This document shows, in pieces, positions 1-8,603 of a DNA stretch of 64,000 nt; within the stretch, counting starts at the first letter, position 1, and each line of letters opens with the position of its first letter. The notes beneath the pieces are model-generated. The model had not been told where the DNA came from. It saw only the letters and a list, made by a program, of their open reading frames with translations, and searched no databases. Source of the DNA: Alkalispirochaeta sp. (lineage in GTDB: Bacteria; Spirochaetota; Spirochaetia; DSM-27196; Alkalispirochaetaceae). The stretch spans positions 96,001-160,000 of the forward strand of contig CBDESZ010000016.1 of NCBI GenBank assembly GCA_965242725.1, written 5' to 3'. The position numbers and the translations under genes are program-made.

Positions 1-6
1 ACGCCC

Positions 7-804
7 ATGATCCTTTCCGGACCGGGCTGGCGCGGCGGCTACGTCGTTCTCGTCGCAGTCGCGTCGGGAACACTCGCGCTTTTTGTACTCACCCGGCGAT
101 CCTGGGCGGATCAGCCCGCCCGGGAGGCGCGCAAGGCCGCGCAGAAAACGGCGGTTGGAGAAAACACAGTTGGTGCGGAACGCAACGCACCGGAGAACAC
201 GGACGGGGCCCCCGATGAGACGACGACGGTTCCTCGGTCAAAAATCCGCCTTCGCCTCATCGCAGTCGGCTCCGTGGCAATCTTCTTTCTGTACACGGGT
301 CTTGAGGTGGTTGCGGGACAGTGGGCGTTCAGTCTCTTTACCATTAATCGGGGCATCAGCGCCGCCCGGGCCGGAACATGGGTGGGAATCTACTGGACCG
401 CCCTGACGGTGGGACGCATCCTCTTCGGTTGGGTCTCGGAGCACCTGCCCGTTCCGGTCGTCCTCCGGGGCGCCCTGATCGGCGTGGGTCTCGGTATCGT
501 TCTTCTCATTCCGACGGGAATGGCGCTCCTCGCTCCGGTGGGGCTCGCAACGCTTGGTTTTTCTCTCGCTCCGATTTTCCCGCTTCTTATCGGAGAGACG
601 CCGCGACGGATCGGTGCCCGCCGGGCCAATCATCTCATCGGTTTTCAGATCGCCGCCGCAAACATCGGTGCGGTTTCCATTGTTGCCGCCGTAGGTCTCG
701 CCGTTGAGACGATCGGGCTGGAAGTGGTTCCCTGGTCACTGCTCATTACCTTTAGCGTCTTTATCATCCTTCACGAGGCGCTGGTACTCCTCAGTCGTCC
801 CTAA
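7..804 (+). CDS. MFS transporter (FucP-like), probably 5'-truncated by the window edge
   Basis: Multiple TM helices; 'FFLYTGLEVVAGQWAFS', 'YWTALTVGRI', 'LAPIFP' resemble the C-terminal half of MFS transporters. Confidence 0.8.
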   Translation: MILSGPGWRGGYVVLVAVASGTLALFVLTRRSWADQPAREARKAAQKTAVGENTVGAERNAPENTDGAPDETTTVPRSKIRLRLIAVGSVAIFFLYTGLEVVAGQWAFSLFTINRGISAARAGTWVGIYWTALTVGRILFGWVSEHLPVPVVLRGALIGVGLGIVLLIPTGMALLAPVGLATLGFSLAPIFPLLIGETPRRIGARRANHLIGFQIAAANIGAVSIVAAVGLAVETIGLEVVPWSLLITFSVFIILHEALVLLSRP

Positions 805-917
805 TGTATACACATTCGTGATGCAAAACGGGGTCGAAGTTCCCGCAGGGCGGGGGCGGAGAGATCGAGCCCGTTCTGCAACAACATTCTCTATACCGTC
901 CGGATAACAAGAGGTGA

Positions 918-1319
918 TTACTGCCGCCGGTATATGAGGTATGAAACACGCAGGAGCGCGCTCGATAAAAACAGCACGATCCCAAGGGAAAAAATCACCG
1001 GAATCTCCCAGTCTGGATTGACCGCAAAGGTGACGAGCATGACCCCGGAAAGTATGAACAGCGTCACCCGGACGGTGAAGAGCGCAGCCTTACCCGCCAT
1101 CATCACGTCCCGCTCGTCGTAGAGAACCATTTCACGTTCTTCGGCACGACGTCGCTTGCGCCGCCGTCCGATGGAAGCAACCGTCACCACCCCGAGACCG
1201 GCAATGAGAAAGCTGCTTCCCGACGCGACGTCGCCCGCGGCGATCCGGACCGCGCCGGCAATGATCATTGCGACGATAAACACGACCTGCACGCCAATTT
1301 TCACCGTTCGACTATTCAT
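918..1319 (-). CDS. DUF2178-like membrane protein
   Basis: About 4 TM segments with a central 'YDERD' motif; start overlaps stop of the upstream XRE gene. Confidence 0.7.
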   Translation of the reverse strand: MNSRTVKIGVQVVFIVAMIIAGAVRIAAGDVASGSSFLIAGLGVVTVASIGRRRKRRRAEEREMVLYDERDVMMAGKAALFTVRVTLFILSGVMLVTFAVNPDWEIPVIFSLGIVLFLSSALLRVSYLIYRRQ

Positions 1320-1518
1320 CGCTCTCATCCTCCAACTCAAAGAGCTCTTCGACGGTGCATTGAAAAACCCGGGCGAGCTGAAGCGCCAGAACGAGGGATG
1401 GCAAGTACCTCCCCCGCTCGATGGAGATGATCGTCTGCCGTGTAACCGCAGTGCGCTTCGCCAGCTCGACCTGAGTCATTCCCTTTTCTTCCCGTCGCAC
1501 CCGCACATTGTTAACCAT
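1312..1518 (-). CDS. XRE/Cro-C1 HTH transcriptional regulator
   Basis: 68 aa 'MVNNVRVRREEKGMTQVELAKRTAVTRQTIISIERGRYLPSLVLALQLA'. Confidence 0.92.
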   Translation of the reverse strand: MVNNVRVRREEKGMTQVELAKRTAVTRQTIISIERGRYLPSLVLALQLARVFQCTVEELFELEDESDE

Positions 1519-1533
1519 AGGAACCACACCACC

Positions 1534-1598
1534 ATGTAAAGCCTGCTTTACATCGATGATACACCGGGCACGGGGGAATGTAAAGGCTGTTTTACATT
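1534..1598. promoter_or_regulatory. Two ATGTAAA-N6-TTTACAT operators overlapping the XRE promoter
   Basis: Palindromes at 1534-1553 and 1578-1597; minus-strand TTTACA(1584-1579)-17-TATCAT(1561-1556). Confidence 0.8.
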
Positions 1599-1604
1599 TT
1601 TCCG

Positions 1605-2045
1605 CTACCCCACGGCCTTCCGTACAAGCTCCTTGATTTTCTCTTCTTCTGCAGGCGTCATCTGTGTCAGGGCGTACGCGGTGGCCCACATGTTTCCGTC
1701 GTCGAGATTTGCCGTGTCATTGAACCCGAAAGTGGCGTACCGGGAATCAAACTTGCCCGCCCCCTGGAAAAAACAGATAACCTTCCCATCCCGCGCATAG
1801 GCGGGCATGCCGTACCACGTCTTGGGCCACAGGTCAGGTGCCGTCGCGGTGACGATCTCATGAATTTTCTCCGCCATGGTCTTGTCCGTTTCGGCCATCG
1901 CCGCGATCGCGTCCCGGACCTGCTGTTCTCCCGCGTCGCGTTTCCGGCTTGCCCGCTTTTCCACAGCCAGTTCTCTCGCCCGGGCGTTCATTGCGTCCCG
2001 TTCCTGCCTGGAAAATCCCGTCTTCCCGGAATCATTTGCCGCCAT
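1605..2045 (-). CDS. DUF1801 (YdhG-like) protein
   Basis: 'PKTWYGMPAYARDGKVICFFQ...RYATFGF'; AGGAGG RBS upstream. Confidence 0.85.
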   Translation of the reverse strand: MAANDSGKTGFSRQERDAMNARARELAVEKRASRKRDAGEQQVRDAIAAMAETDKTMAEKIHEIVTATAPDLWPKTWYGMPAYARDGKVICFFQGAGKFDSRYATFGFNDTANLDDGNMWATAYALTQMTPAEEEKIKELVRKAVG

Positions 2046-2076
2046 AATTACCTCCTGTAGTGACATTCAGGCTAAT

Positions 2077-2110
2077 TAGCTTTATAATCAAGATACTTTA
2101 CTATAAAATA
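2077..2110. promoter_or_regulatory. Candidate MarR operator(s)
   Basis: Imperfect palindrome TAGCTTTAT-A-ATCAAGATA plus an adjacent weaker one in the divergent intergenic region. Confidence 0.4.
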
Positions 2111-2277
2111 TATGTCAACCTGTTTTTACTGTCCAAAAGCGTGCGGGTGGGCATGGAGCAACCTATTGTGAATAATACATTTTCGACGGCCTGTTTCGGA
2201 AAATCCATTGAATCCGGGCTTTGCAGGTACAATCCTTTGAAGGACAGTGACTTTGTCAGTCGGTCACCCGCACGGTT

Positions 2278-2772
2278 GTGGACACTACACAGAGGTTGGT
2301 TGTGAATTCAAAAGAAGAATTGGAAACTGCAGTCCTGATGGCTGCCCGGGACTATGGAATCGGTACGATCCTCTTCCGCAACGCCCTGGCAAAAAAACTG
2401 GGCCTCAACCTGACGGAGTCCCTGTGCCTGACGATACTTGGAATCAAGAATGTCTCATCCCCGTCAGAACTCGCCCGATATACCGGCCTTACCACCGGCG
2501 CAACGACGACAATGCTGGACCGGCTGGAAAAAAAGCATTTCCTCCGGCGACGGGCCAATCCCGACGACCGTCGCGGCGTACTCATTGAAATCGATGACCA
2601 TTACTCCGCGCTCGCCGCGGATCTGGTAAAGGGAATACAAAAAGCCTACCGGGATGTGATCGAAGGCTACTCCGTGGAGGAGCTGGCGGTCATCAGGGAC
2701 TTTCTCATCCGCTTCACCGGAAATCTGACCGAGGAGTCAGAACGGATCTCCGGCCGGGACGTGACTATATGA
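2278..2772 (+). CDS. MarR family transcriptional regulator (start may be GTG 2299)
   Basis: 'SPSELARYTGLTTGATTTMLDRLEKKHFLRRRANPDDRRGVLI'. Confidence 0.93.
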   Translation: MDTTQRLVVNSKEELETAVLMAARDYGIGTILFRNALAKKLGLNLTESLCLTILGIKNVSSPSELARYTGLTTGATTTMLDRLEKKHFLRRRANPDDRRGVLIEIDDHYSALAADLVKGIQKAYRDVIEGYSVEELAVIRDFLIRFTGNLTEESERISGRDVTI

Positions 2773-3262
2773 CACCCGCCGCGCCGGCGTCGCACATCCG
2801 GCGGGCGTGTTGCCCGACGCGAAGCAGGCGCTTCCGCACGCCGGAGATCGACATCCCCTGCCGCGCGGCGGTCTCGGCGAGGGTGTTCCCGTTGAGGTAG
2901 TGTTCCAGGGCGGTCTGCCGGTGCTCATCGCTCAAACCGGCCAGGATCGATTCGGCCACGGCTCGGTCCAGAATTCGGTCCGTCCCGTCATCATCGGAAG
3001 AAATCAGATCAAGGGCATCGCCGCCGGTGGTCGTCGCCATGCGCCGCGCCCTCCGGAGCCGATTCAGACACACCCGGGTCGCCATCGTGTAGAGAAGACT
3101 TGACGGCGCGTGATCGTTCAGCCGTTCCCGATACTCGAGAACCCGTACAAAGGTGTCCTGCATCGCATCCGCCGCCGCCTCTTCGTCCCCGAGCAGGGCG
3201 CGACAGCGCCGCATAACCATCGGTCCATACGTTCTATAGAGTCGTTCCACATCAAGTGCCAT
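2765..3262 (-). CDS. ECF-type RNA polymerase sigma factor
   Basis: Region 2 'LYRTYGPMVMRRCRALLGDEEAAADAMQDTFVR' and region 4 'GNTLAETAARQGMSISGVRKRL'. Confidence 0.88.
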   Translation of the reverse strand: MALDVERLYRTYGPMVMRRCRALLGDEEAAADAMQDTFVRVLEYRERLNDHAPSSLLYTMATRVCLNRLRRARRMATTTGGDALDLISSDDDGTDRILDRAVAESILAGLSDEHRQTALEHYLNGNTLAETAARQGMSISGVRKRLLRVGQHARRMCDAGAAGVI

Positions 3263-3458
3263 CGTTCCTCATTGCCTCCTGTGTTGAGGCAAGCCTACGG
3301 GCGCTCCGCAGACGGAACTATCGGTATATATTCGTATTTCGCATGTGCAACGCCGGCTAGGAAGAAATTCGTATTCCCTTTTGGGAGTCATTGAGGTTGA
3401 ACCCGAGGGTCACAACGAGCCCGCCCGCTCCTGTGGTGCCCCGCCTGCTCCTGCCGCC

Positions 3459-3551
3459 CGCCACCGGGCCGGGTCAACGAGCGGGCGGCATGAACCGCTC
3501 CGCCACCGTGCCGGGTCATTGAGCGGGCGGCATGAACCGCTCCGCTACCGT
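3459..3551. repeat. 42-bp imperfect tandem repeat (2 copies plus a partial)
   Basis: 3459-3500 and 3501-3542 differ at 3 positions; spans the LysR stop codon. Confidence 0.85.
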
Positions 3552-4423
3552 TCTTCTCAGCTCCGCAAGAAATGCCCGGGCGGCGGGGGACAGGTACGCG
3601 TTCCTGCGATAAATGACACCCACTTCATTCCCGGGAAGCCACGGGAGGCGCCGTTCGGTGAGGCGTCCGCTTTCTATCTCATGGACGGCGTTGAGCCGGG
3701 GTATGACGGAAACGCCCAGCCCGATTTCGGTGTAGCGCTTGATCACCTCAATGCTGCCCACCCGCATCACCGTCGCCGGCTCAACTCCGCCTGCACCGAT
3801 GTCCCGCAACAGACGGTTGTGGCTGACGCTGCCGCTGTGGAGGAGCAACAGCGGGTAGCCCGCAATGTCCCCGGGCGCCACCTTTTCCTTTTTCGCCAAC
3901 GGGTGATCGGGCCGGCAGATGAGGACATCCTCCCGGTCGTAAAGCTTCTGTGACTCCAGTCCGGCCCCCGACACGGGCAGCGTCACAACGCCAAGTTCAA
4001 CCTGACTCGCCACCACCCACCTTGCCACTTCACTGGAGTGGCTGTTGGCAAGGTGAATCGCGACGCCGGGATAGGAGTTCTGGAAGGAGGCCGATCACAT
4101 CGGGTAATACGTGAAGGCAGTTGCTGTCGTTGGTACCTATTTCCACCGTACCGCGCCGAAGCCCCTGAAGCGCCTCAATTTCGTCCCCTCGTATGGCCAA
4201 TGAGATCGAGCACCTCTTCCGCCCGGGCGAGAAGCATCTTTCCCGCCGCCGTCAGGACGAGGCTCCGGGGCTTCCGCTCAAAGAGCTTCTCGTCCAGTTC
4301 ATCTTCCAAGGCCTTTATCTGGGTGCTCACGGCGGGCTGTGTCAAATGTAGTTGCTGCGACGCCCTGGTAAGATTCCCTTCTCTGGCAACGCAGACAAAA
4401 CTTCGCAACTGGTACAGTTCCAT
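3516..4423 (-). pseudogene. LysR family regulator with two +1 frameshifts (pseudogene or sequencing error)
   Basis: HTH 'MELYQLRSF...LHLTQPAVSTQIKALE' (4175-4423) and substrate-binding domain (3516-4028) join into one frame if one base is removed at 4185-4188 and one at 4091-4092. Confidence 0.85.
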
Positions 4424-4517
4424 TTATCCTCCTCGGCCTCTGCAACGTGCGCCCCTGACGGGGCGGACGTGATGGGTGCTGCCCGTACGGTCGTCATGAC
4501 TGCCACGATCGCCTAAC

Positions 4518-4565
4518 TATAAATTATTTTAATGATAATCATTAAAACTTTCAATTTTACTAATG
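4518..4565. promoter_or_regulatory. LysR T-N11-A boxes overlapping a perfect 21-bp Fur-box-like palindrome
   Basis: TAA-N7-TAA at 4520-4532; TTTTAATGAT-A-ATCATTAAAA at 4527-4547. Confidence 0.65.
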
Positions 4566-4604
4566 GTCCGGAAGACCGTATTCTCTGATTGAAAGGAGTT
4601 CTTC

Positions 4605-5639
4605 ATGGAACGTGTAAAGGTCGGTATTAACGGAATGGGTCGGATCGGACGCAACCTCTACCGGGCAATTATGACGGAGTACGCGGATACACTGCAGGTG
4701 GTCGCCGTCAACGACCTCTTCGACACCGAGACGATTGCGAGGACACTTCGCCGGGACTCGGTGTATGGACGTTTTCCCGTGGATGTGCGGGCACTGGGTG
4801 ATGACTCCATCCAGGTCGGTGAGGAGACGGTGCGCGTGTTCCGTGCAGCCAGGCCGGCGGAGATCAACTGGAACGAGACGGGTGCGGAGGTTGTCTTTGA
4901 GTGTACAGGCATCAACCTGACGTCGGAGGCCACCAGGGACCATCTCGGCGGCAGCGTGGACCGGGTGGTTCTGAGCGCGCCACCCAAGGACGGCACACCG
5001 ATGTTTGTCATCGGCGTCAACGACCACGAACTTTCGGGCCGGGAGGAGATCGTCTCCAACGCGAGCTGCACCACCAACTGCCTCGCCCCGCTGGTGAAAG
5101 CTGTTGATGACGCTTTCGGCATCGTCGGAGGATTGATGACGACGACCCACGCGGTCACGAGCGGGCAGAAAACGGTGGACTCCGCCGGAAACGAGCGGGC
5201 GCGGTCGGCCCTGAACAACATTATCCCCACATCCACCGGCGCCGCCCGGGCGATCGGGAAGGTCATAAAGCACCTGGAGGGGAAACTGAACGGATCATCC
5301 CTGCGCGTACCGGTGACCACCGGATCGGTGGTGGAAGCGGTCTTCACCGTGCCGGGACGACGGACCACGGAAGACGTCATCGCGGCACTCCGGGCCGGTG
5401 CGGCGGCCATGAACCTCCGCAGCCCCATCGGACGCGTCCTTTATGTGGGAGACGACTATCAGGTGAGCGCCGACGCCATCGGATCAACCTGGAGTTCCAT
5501 GGTTCCCGGTAACGGCATCATGGCTGTCCCCGCGGGGGGTGAAACGATGATAAAAATCACCTCCTTCTACGACAACGAGCTGGGATACGCCCATCGTCTT
5601 GCCGAGTTGGGAATCCTCGTCGCCGGACAACGGGGGTAG
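4605..5639 (+). CDS. gap: Type I glyceraldehyde-3-phosphate dehydrogenase family protein (divergent)
   Basis: 'GINGMGRIGR', catalytic 'SNASCTTNCLAP', 'IIPTSTGAA', 'YDNELGY'. Confidence 0.9.
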   Translation: MERVKVGINGMGRIGRNLYRAIMTEYADTLQVVAVNDLFDTETIARTLRRDSVYGRFPVDVRALGDDSIQVGEETVRVFRAARPAEINWNETGAEVVFECTGINLTSEATRDHLGGSVDRVVLSAPPKDGTPMFVIGVNDHELSGREEIVSNASCTTNCLAPLVKAVDDAFGIVGGLMTTTHAVTSGQKTVDSAGNERARSALNNIIPTSTGAARAIGKVIKHLEGKLNGSSLRVPVTTGSVVEAVFTVPGRRTTEDVIAALRAGAAAMNLRSPIGRVLYVGDDYQVSADAIGSTWSSMVPGNGIMAVPAGGETMIKITSFYDNELGYAHRLAELGILVAGQRG

Positions 5640-5694
5640 TCCGGGCCTGCTGTCCACGACCGTGCGGGTGAGACGGAACGGCGTCCGGCGCGAC

Positions 5695-6492
5695 TTACCT
5701 GCGGGAGGAAAGGGTGCGTTTTATCGACACATTGAGGATGGAGCCCTCGTCGTCCCTGCGCACGAGAGTACTGAGGCTTGTATTCAATTCCTTCAGGAGG
5801 ACGTCACATCCCGCGAAGAGCGCCCGTTGCCCGTCGATATTGCCCGATGTCGATGGATAGTCGTAGGACATCGTCGACGTCTGGGTGACACGATAGCCTC
5901 CCGCGGTGTAGCCGTAGGTGCCGAAGAGGGACAGAATGAAGGGCCCGATATCGCCGGTAAACTGCACGCCGCCGTAGACGGTGCCGGTGGTCGTCGTCGT
6001 TTGCACGGTCGTATCGTCGTCGATCCACGTTGTCGTCATGGGAACCCATTGCGGTATGGTGACCGTCATGGACATGAGGCCGATATCTCCGCCGGCTCCG
6101 CCAAAGAGATACGCGTCGAGACGGCGCGTGTCCGCCGCTTCCACAACGGCGGTACATCTCAGGGGGAGCTGGACGCCGACAAGATCCATGCGGTCACCGA
6201 CAAGTATCGCGCCGCCTGCGGTCGCGCTCAATAAGAGGCGGTCGAGGGGGCTCTCCTGCATCGTGCCATAGACACCGAGGCCGCCGATACGGAATGCGGT
6301 GTTTCCGATCTCCCGTTCAAGGAACAGTCCCTGGAGTCCCGCCGTTACGATCTGCTCGCCCCGGACGATCCGGGGATACCCGACGGGCGGCGGCGCAACG
6401 TCAAATACGGCGACCGTCTCATCGGGGTACGCCAATACACTAAAGACCACGCCGAACACACCGAGCCAGAAGAAGCGAAAAAGACGTGCCAC
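5695..6492 (-). CDS. Hypothetical exported protein, possible beta-barrel
   Basis: Signal peptide-like N-terminus; alternating Gly/aromatic strands. Confidence 0.5.
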   Translation of the reverse strand: MARLFRFFWLGVFGVVFSVLAYPDETVAVFDVAPPPVGYPRIVRGEQIVTAGLQGLFLEREIGNTAFRIGGLGVYGTMQESPLDRLLLSATAGGAILVGDRMDLVGVQLPLRCTAVVEAADTRRLDAYLFGGAGGDIGLMSMTVTIPQWVPMTTTWIDDDTTVQTTTTTGTVYGGVQFTGDIGPFILSLFGTYGYTAGGYRVTQTSTMSYDYPSTSGNIDGQRALFAGCDVLLKELNTSLSTLVRRDDEGSILNVSIKRTLSSRR

Positions 6493-6598
6493 CCCACACC
6501 TCCCCTTCCCGGATTCGTCCAATCCACGGGAAGAACAGATAATCTGTCGGACGATATCGGAAGTATAGTCCACCCGACGGGGGAAAGGTATGGGGCGG

Positions 6599-6886
6599 TC
6601 AGATAAATTCTACGGAATATCCGGGAAAGCGCTCCTTGAAGGATTCGATCAAATCCCTGCGGATTCCCATGATGATCGTCATGGCGATGCCTGTGCACGC
6701 CATGCACCCGGGTACATGGCGGTCAAAGGGCACATCCAGGTAGATGACGCGATGCTCGTCGCTCACGCGGACGCGCTGCACCAGACCGAGATCACAGATC
6801 GGCAGCCCGCTCTCGGGATCCCGCACTTCCCGCAATATGGTGTCGATCTTATCCTGCACCACCGGGTCCGCTTTTTGGTTGGCCAT
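6599..6886 (-). CDS. DUF59 / Fe-S cluster assembly domain protein
   Basis: 'LREVRDPESGLPICDLGLVQRVRV...PGCMAC'. Confidence 0.8.
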   Translation of the reverse strand: MANQKADPVVQDKIDTILREVRDPESGLPICDLGLVQRVRVSDEHRVIYLDVPFDRHVPGCMACTGIAMTIIMGIRRDLIESFKERFPGYSVEFI

Positions 6887-6889
6887 ACC

Positions 6890-7618
6890 TTAAATATACC
6901 CCGGATTTCCCTCCTGTGCGGGGGCAGTTTTTGCGTTCCACTGTTCAATACGCACTCCCCGCACAAGGAGCCAGACCGGAAAGGCAAGCTCGGCCACGGC
7001 GATTGGTAACGCGACAATGCCGGGAGTCGTTTCGTATCCGGGGACAAACAGGAGCGAGGTGCTGTCGATCAAATATCCAGCCGAAGCGATAAGAAACAGG
7101 ACGCCGAGGATTCGGGGAAAATACCCGGACACCAGTATCAGATACCCCAGGAGGACGGCGTGCAGCGAGAGAAAGACGACACCGATCGTGAACCCCACGG
7201 CGTGTCCTTCCAGGAAGAGGGCCACCAGCTGATACCGTTGCTCCGGCTGGAAGGCGGCCATAAATCCGGAATCACCGGCAACGATCAATGCAAAAAAGTA
7301 GTTCAGGAGATTCAGTCCGTGAATGGTCGTCATCGCCAGACGGGCAACCGACGCGATCAGGGCGGGAACCCTGCCCACCGGCCTGAGCAGGACGTACAGC
7401 AGGACCGACAAAATGACTTCACTCAACAACACAATGAACTCGCTGCCGATCCCGATATGGAGAAGAGAGGGGTTGTCCACGAGATTGCGGGTGGTCGCCG
7501 CGGGATCTCCGTCGATGATCAGCTCACCGGGAACGTAGAAATGCGCCACAATTGCCGCAGCGGTGATCACCAGATACAGTACCCCGGCAAGTCGCGCCGT
7601 TCGATACACGTTCGTCAT
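6890..7618 (-). CDS. DUF4386 membrane protein
   Basis: 'ARLAGVLYL', 'LLYVLLRPV', 'SGYFPRILG', 'ELAFPVWLLVRG'. Confidence 0.82.
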   Translation of the reverse strand: MTNVYRTARLAGVLYLVITAAAIVAHFYVPGELIIDGDPAATTRNLVDNPSLLHIGIGSEFIVLLSEVILSVLLYVLLRPVGRVPALIASVARLAMTTIHGLNLLNYFFALIVAGDSGFMAAFQPEQRYQLVALFLEGHAVGFTIGVVFLSLHAVLLGYLILVSGYFPRILGVLFLIASAGYLIDSTSLLFVPGYETTPGIVALPIAVAELAFPVWLLVRGVRIEQWNAKTAPAQEGNPGYI

Positions 7619-7693
7619 CGGTAACTCCTTATTTTTCGCGATTGATAACAATGGTCACCCAAGAGTACGCAATCGGCGGTAAGAAGACAAATA

Positions 7694-8050
7694 TTATAAG
7701 GTATGTACGACGGTTTGCAGCCATTCCCGCAGCACCAGCGCGTGATTCCGTTCCCGGTCGCGGGCGGCGTAGAGGAGCGTGACCGTACCGGATACGGCTG
7801 CATCCGTGAGCCGCTCCAGCTCACCCCGACGCCCCTCCAGTTCCGTCCGATATCGCGCGACAAACTCCTCCCAGCGGTCGGGATGTGAATGGATCCAGCG
7901 GCGCAGCTCGTCGCTCGGCGCGGCAATCCTGGCCCACCAGTCCATGGAAAGATTCTCTTTGCGGACACCCCGGGGCCACAGTCTGTCCACCAGTACCCTG
8001 AAGCCGTCGTCGGGCGCAACGTCGTCGTATACTCGCTTGCAATGAATCAT
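7694..8050 (-). CDS. DUF488 (YeaO-like) protein
   Basis: 'KRVYD...DGFRVLVDRLWPRGVRKE...APSDELRRW...NHALVL'. Confidence 0.9.
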   Translation of the reverse strand: MIHCKRVYDDVAPDDGFRVLVDRLWPRGVRKENLSMDWWARIAAPSDELRRWIHSHPDRWEEFVARYRTELEGRRGELERLTDAAVSGTVTLLYAARDRERNHALVLREWLQTVVHTL

Positions 8051-8112
8051 ACGTTCCCTCCGAAACCATCCATTTTCAGGTATTTTACGTATATTTGTCA
8101 TGGGAGGAACCA

Positions 8113-8526
8113 ATGGCGGAACTCAAGACACAACCGACCGACGGGGACGTAACGGCTTTTCTCAATTCCATAGAAGACCCTCAGAAACGGGAGGACGCCT
8201 TCGCGATTCTTGAAATGATGCGGGACGTCACCGCTGCGGAGCCGAAGATGTGGGGCGAGAGCATCGTCGGTTTCGGTGACTACCACTACAAATACGCCAG
8301 CGGCAGGGAAGGAGACTGGTTTCAGGTCGGTTTCTCACCGCGGAAACAGAGCATGACGCTGTATCTGACCTACGGAATCGAGGAGAAGACGGAGCTGATG
8401 AAGGATCTCGGAACGTACAAAACCGGCAAGGCGTGCCTCTATGTGAAACGGCTGTCCGACGTCAATCGGGATACGCTGAAGGAGCTTGTCCGGAGTTCCG
8501 TCGCGGAGTATCAGAAGGGAAAATGA
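8113..8526 (+). CDS. DUF1801 protein
   Basis: 'PKMWGESIVGFGDYHYKYASGREGDW...GFSPRK...GKACLYVKRL'. Confidence 0.88.
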   Translation: MAELKTQPTDGDVTAFLNSIEDPQKREDAFAILEMMRDVTAAEPKMWGESIVGFGDYHYKYASGREGDWFQVGFSPRKQSMTLYLTYGIEEKTELMKDLGTYKTGKACLYVKRLSDVNRDTLKELVRSSVAEYQKGK

Positions 8527-8568
8527 CCGACCGACCCGCCCCGGATTGACAACGCTCCACAGGGCACC

Positions 8569-8597
8569 TTGCTTTTCATCAAGAGGGCTTTTACGAT
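8569..8597 (+). promoter_or_regulatory. Sigma70-like promoter of the MoxR operon, apparently leaderless
   Basis: TTGCTT-17-TACGAT, 6 nt before ATG 8604, no Shine-Dalgarno. Confidence 0.55.
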
Positions 8598-8603
8598 TTC
8601 CTC

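Noticed and set aside
3459..3551. Possible mini-CRISPR (hairpin-containing repeats)
   Set aside because: Only two units, the intervening sequence is also duplicated (no unique spacers), it overlaps a CDS end, and no cas genes are present
4085..4195. Programmed frameshifting or phase variation in LysR
   Set aside because: Two separate shifts are required, runs are only 2-4 bases, and no slippery heptamer is visible
4446..4471. Hairpin upstream of LysR as a riboswitch
   Set aside because: Simple GC stem with no recognisable aptamer motifs
4605..5639. Arsenate-detoxifying GAPDH (ArsJ-linked) or Calvin-cycle operon
   Set aside because: No arsJ/ars or cbb genes adjacent
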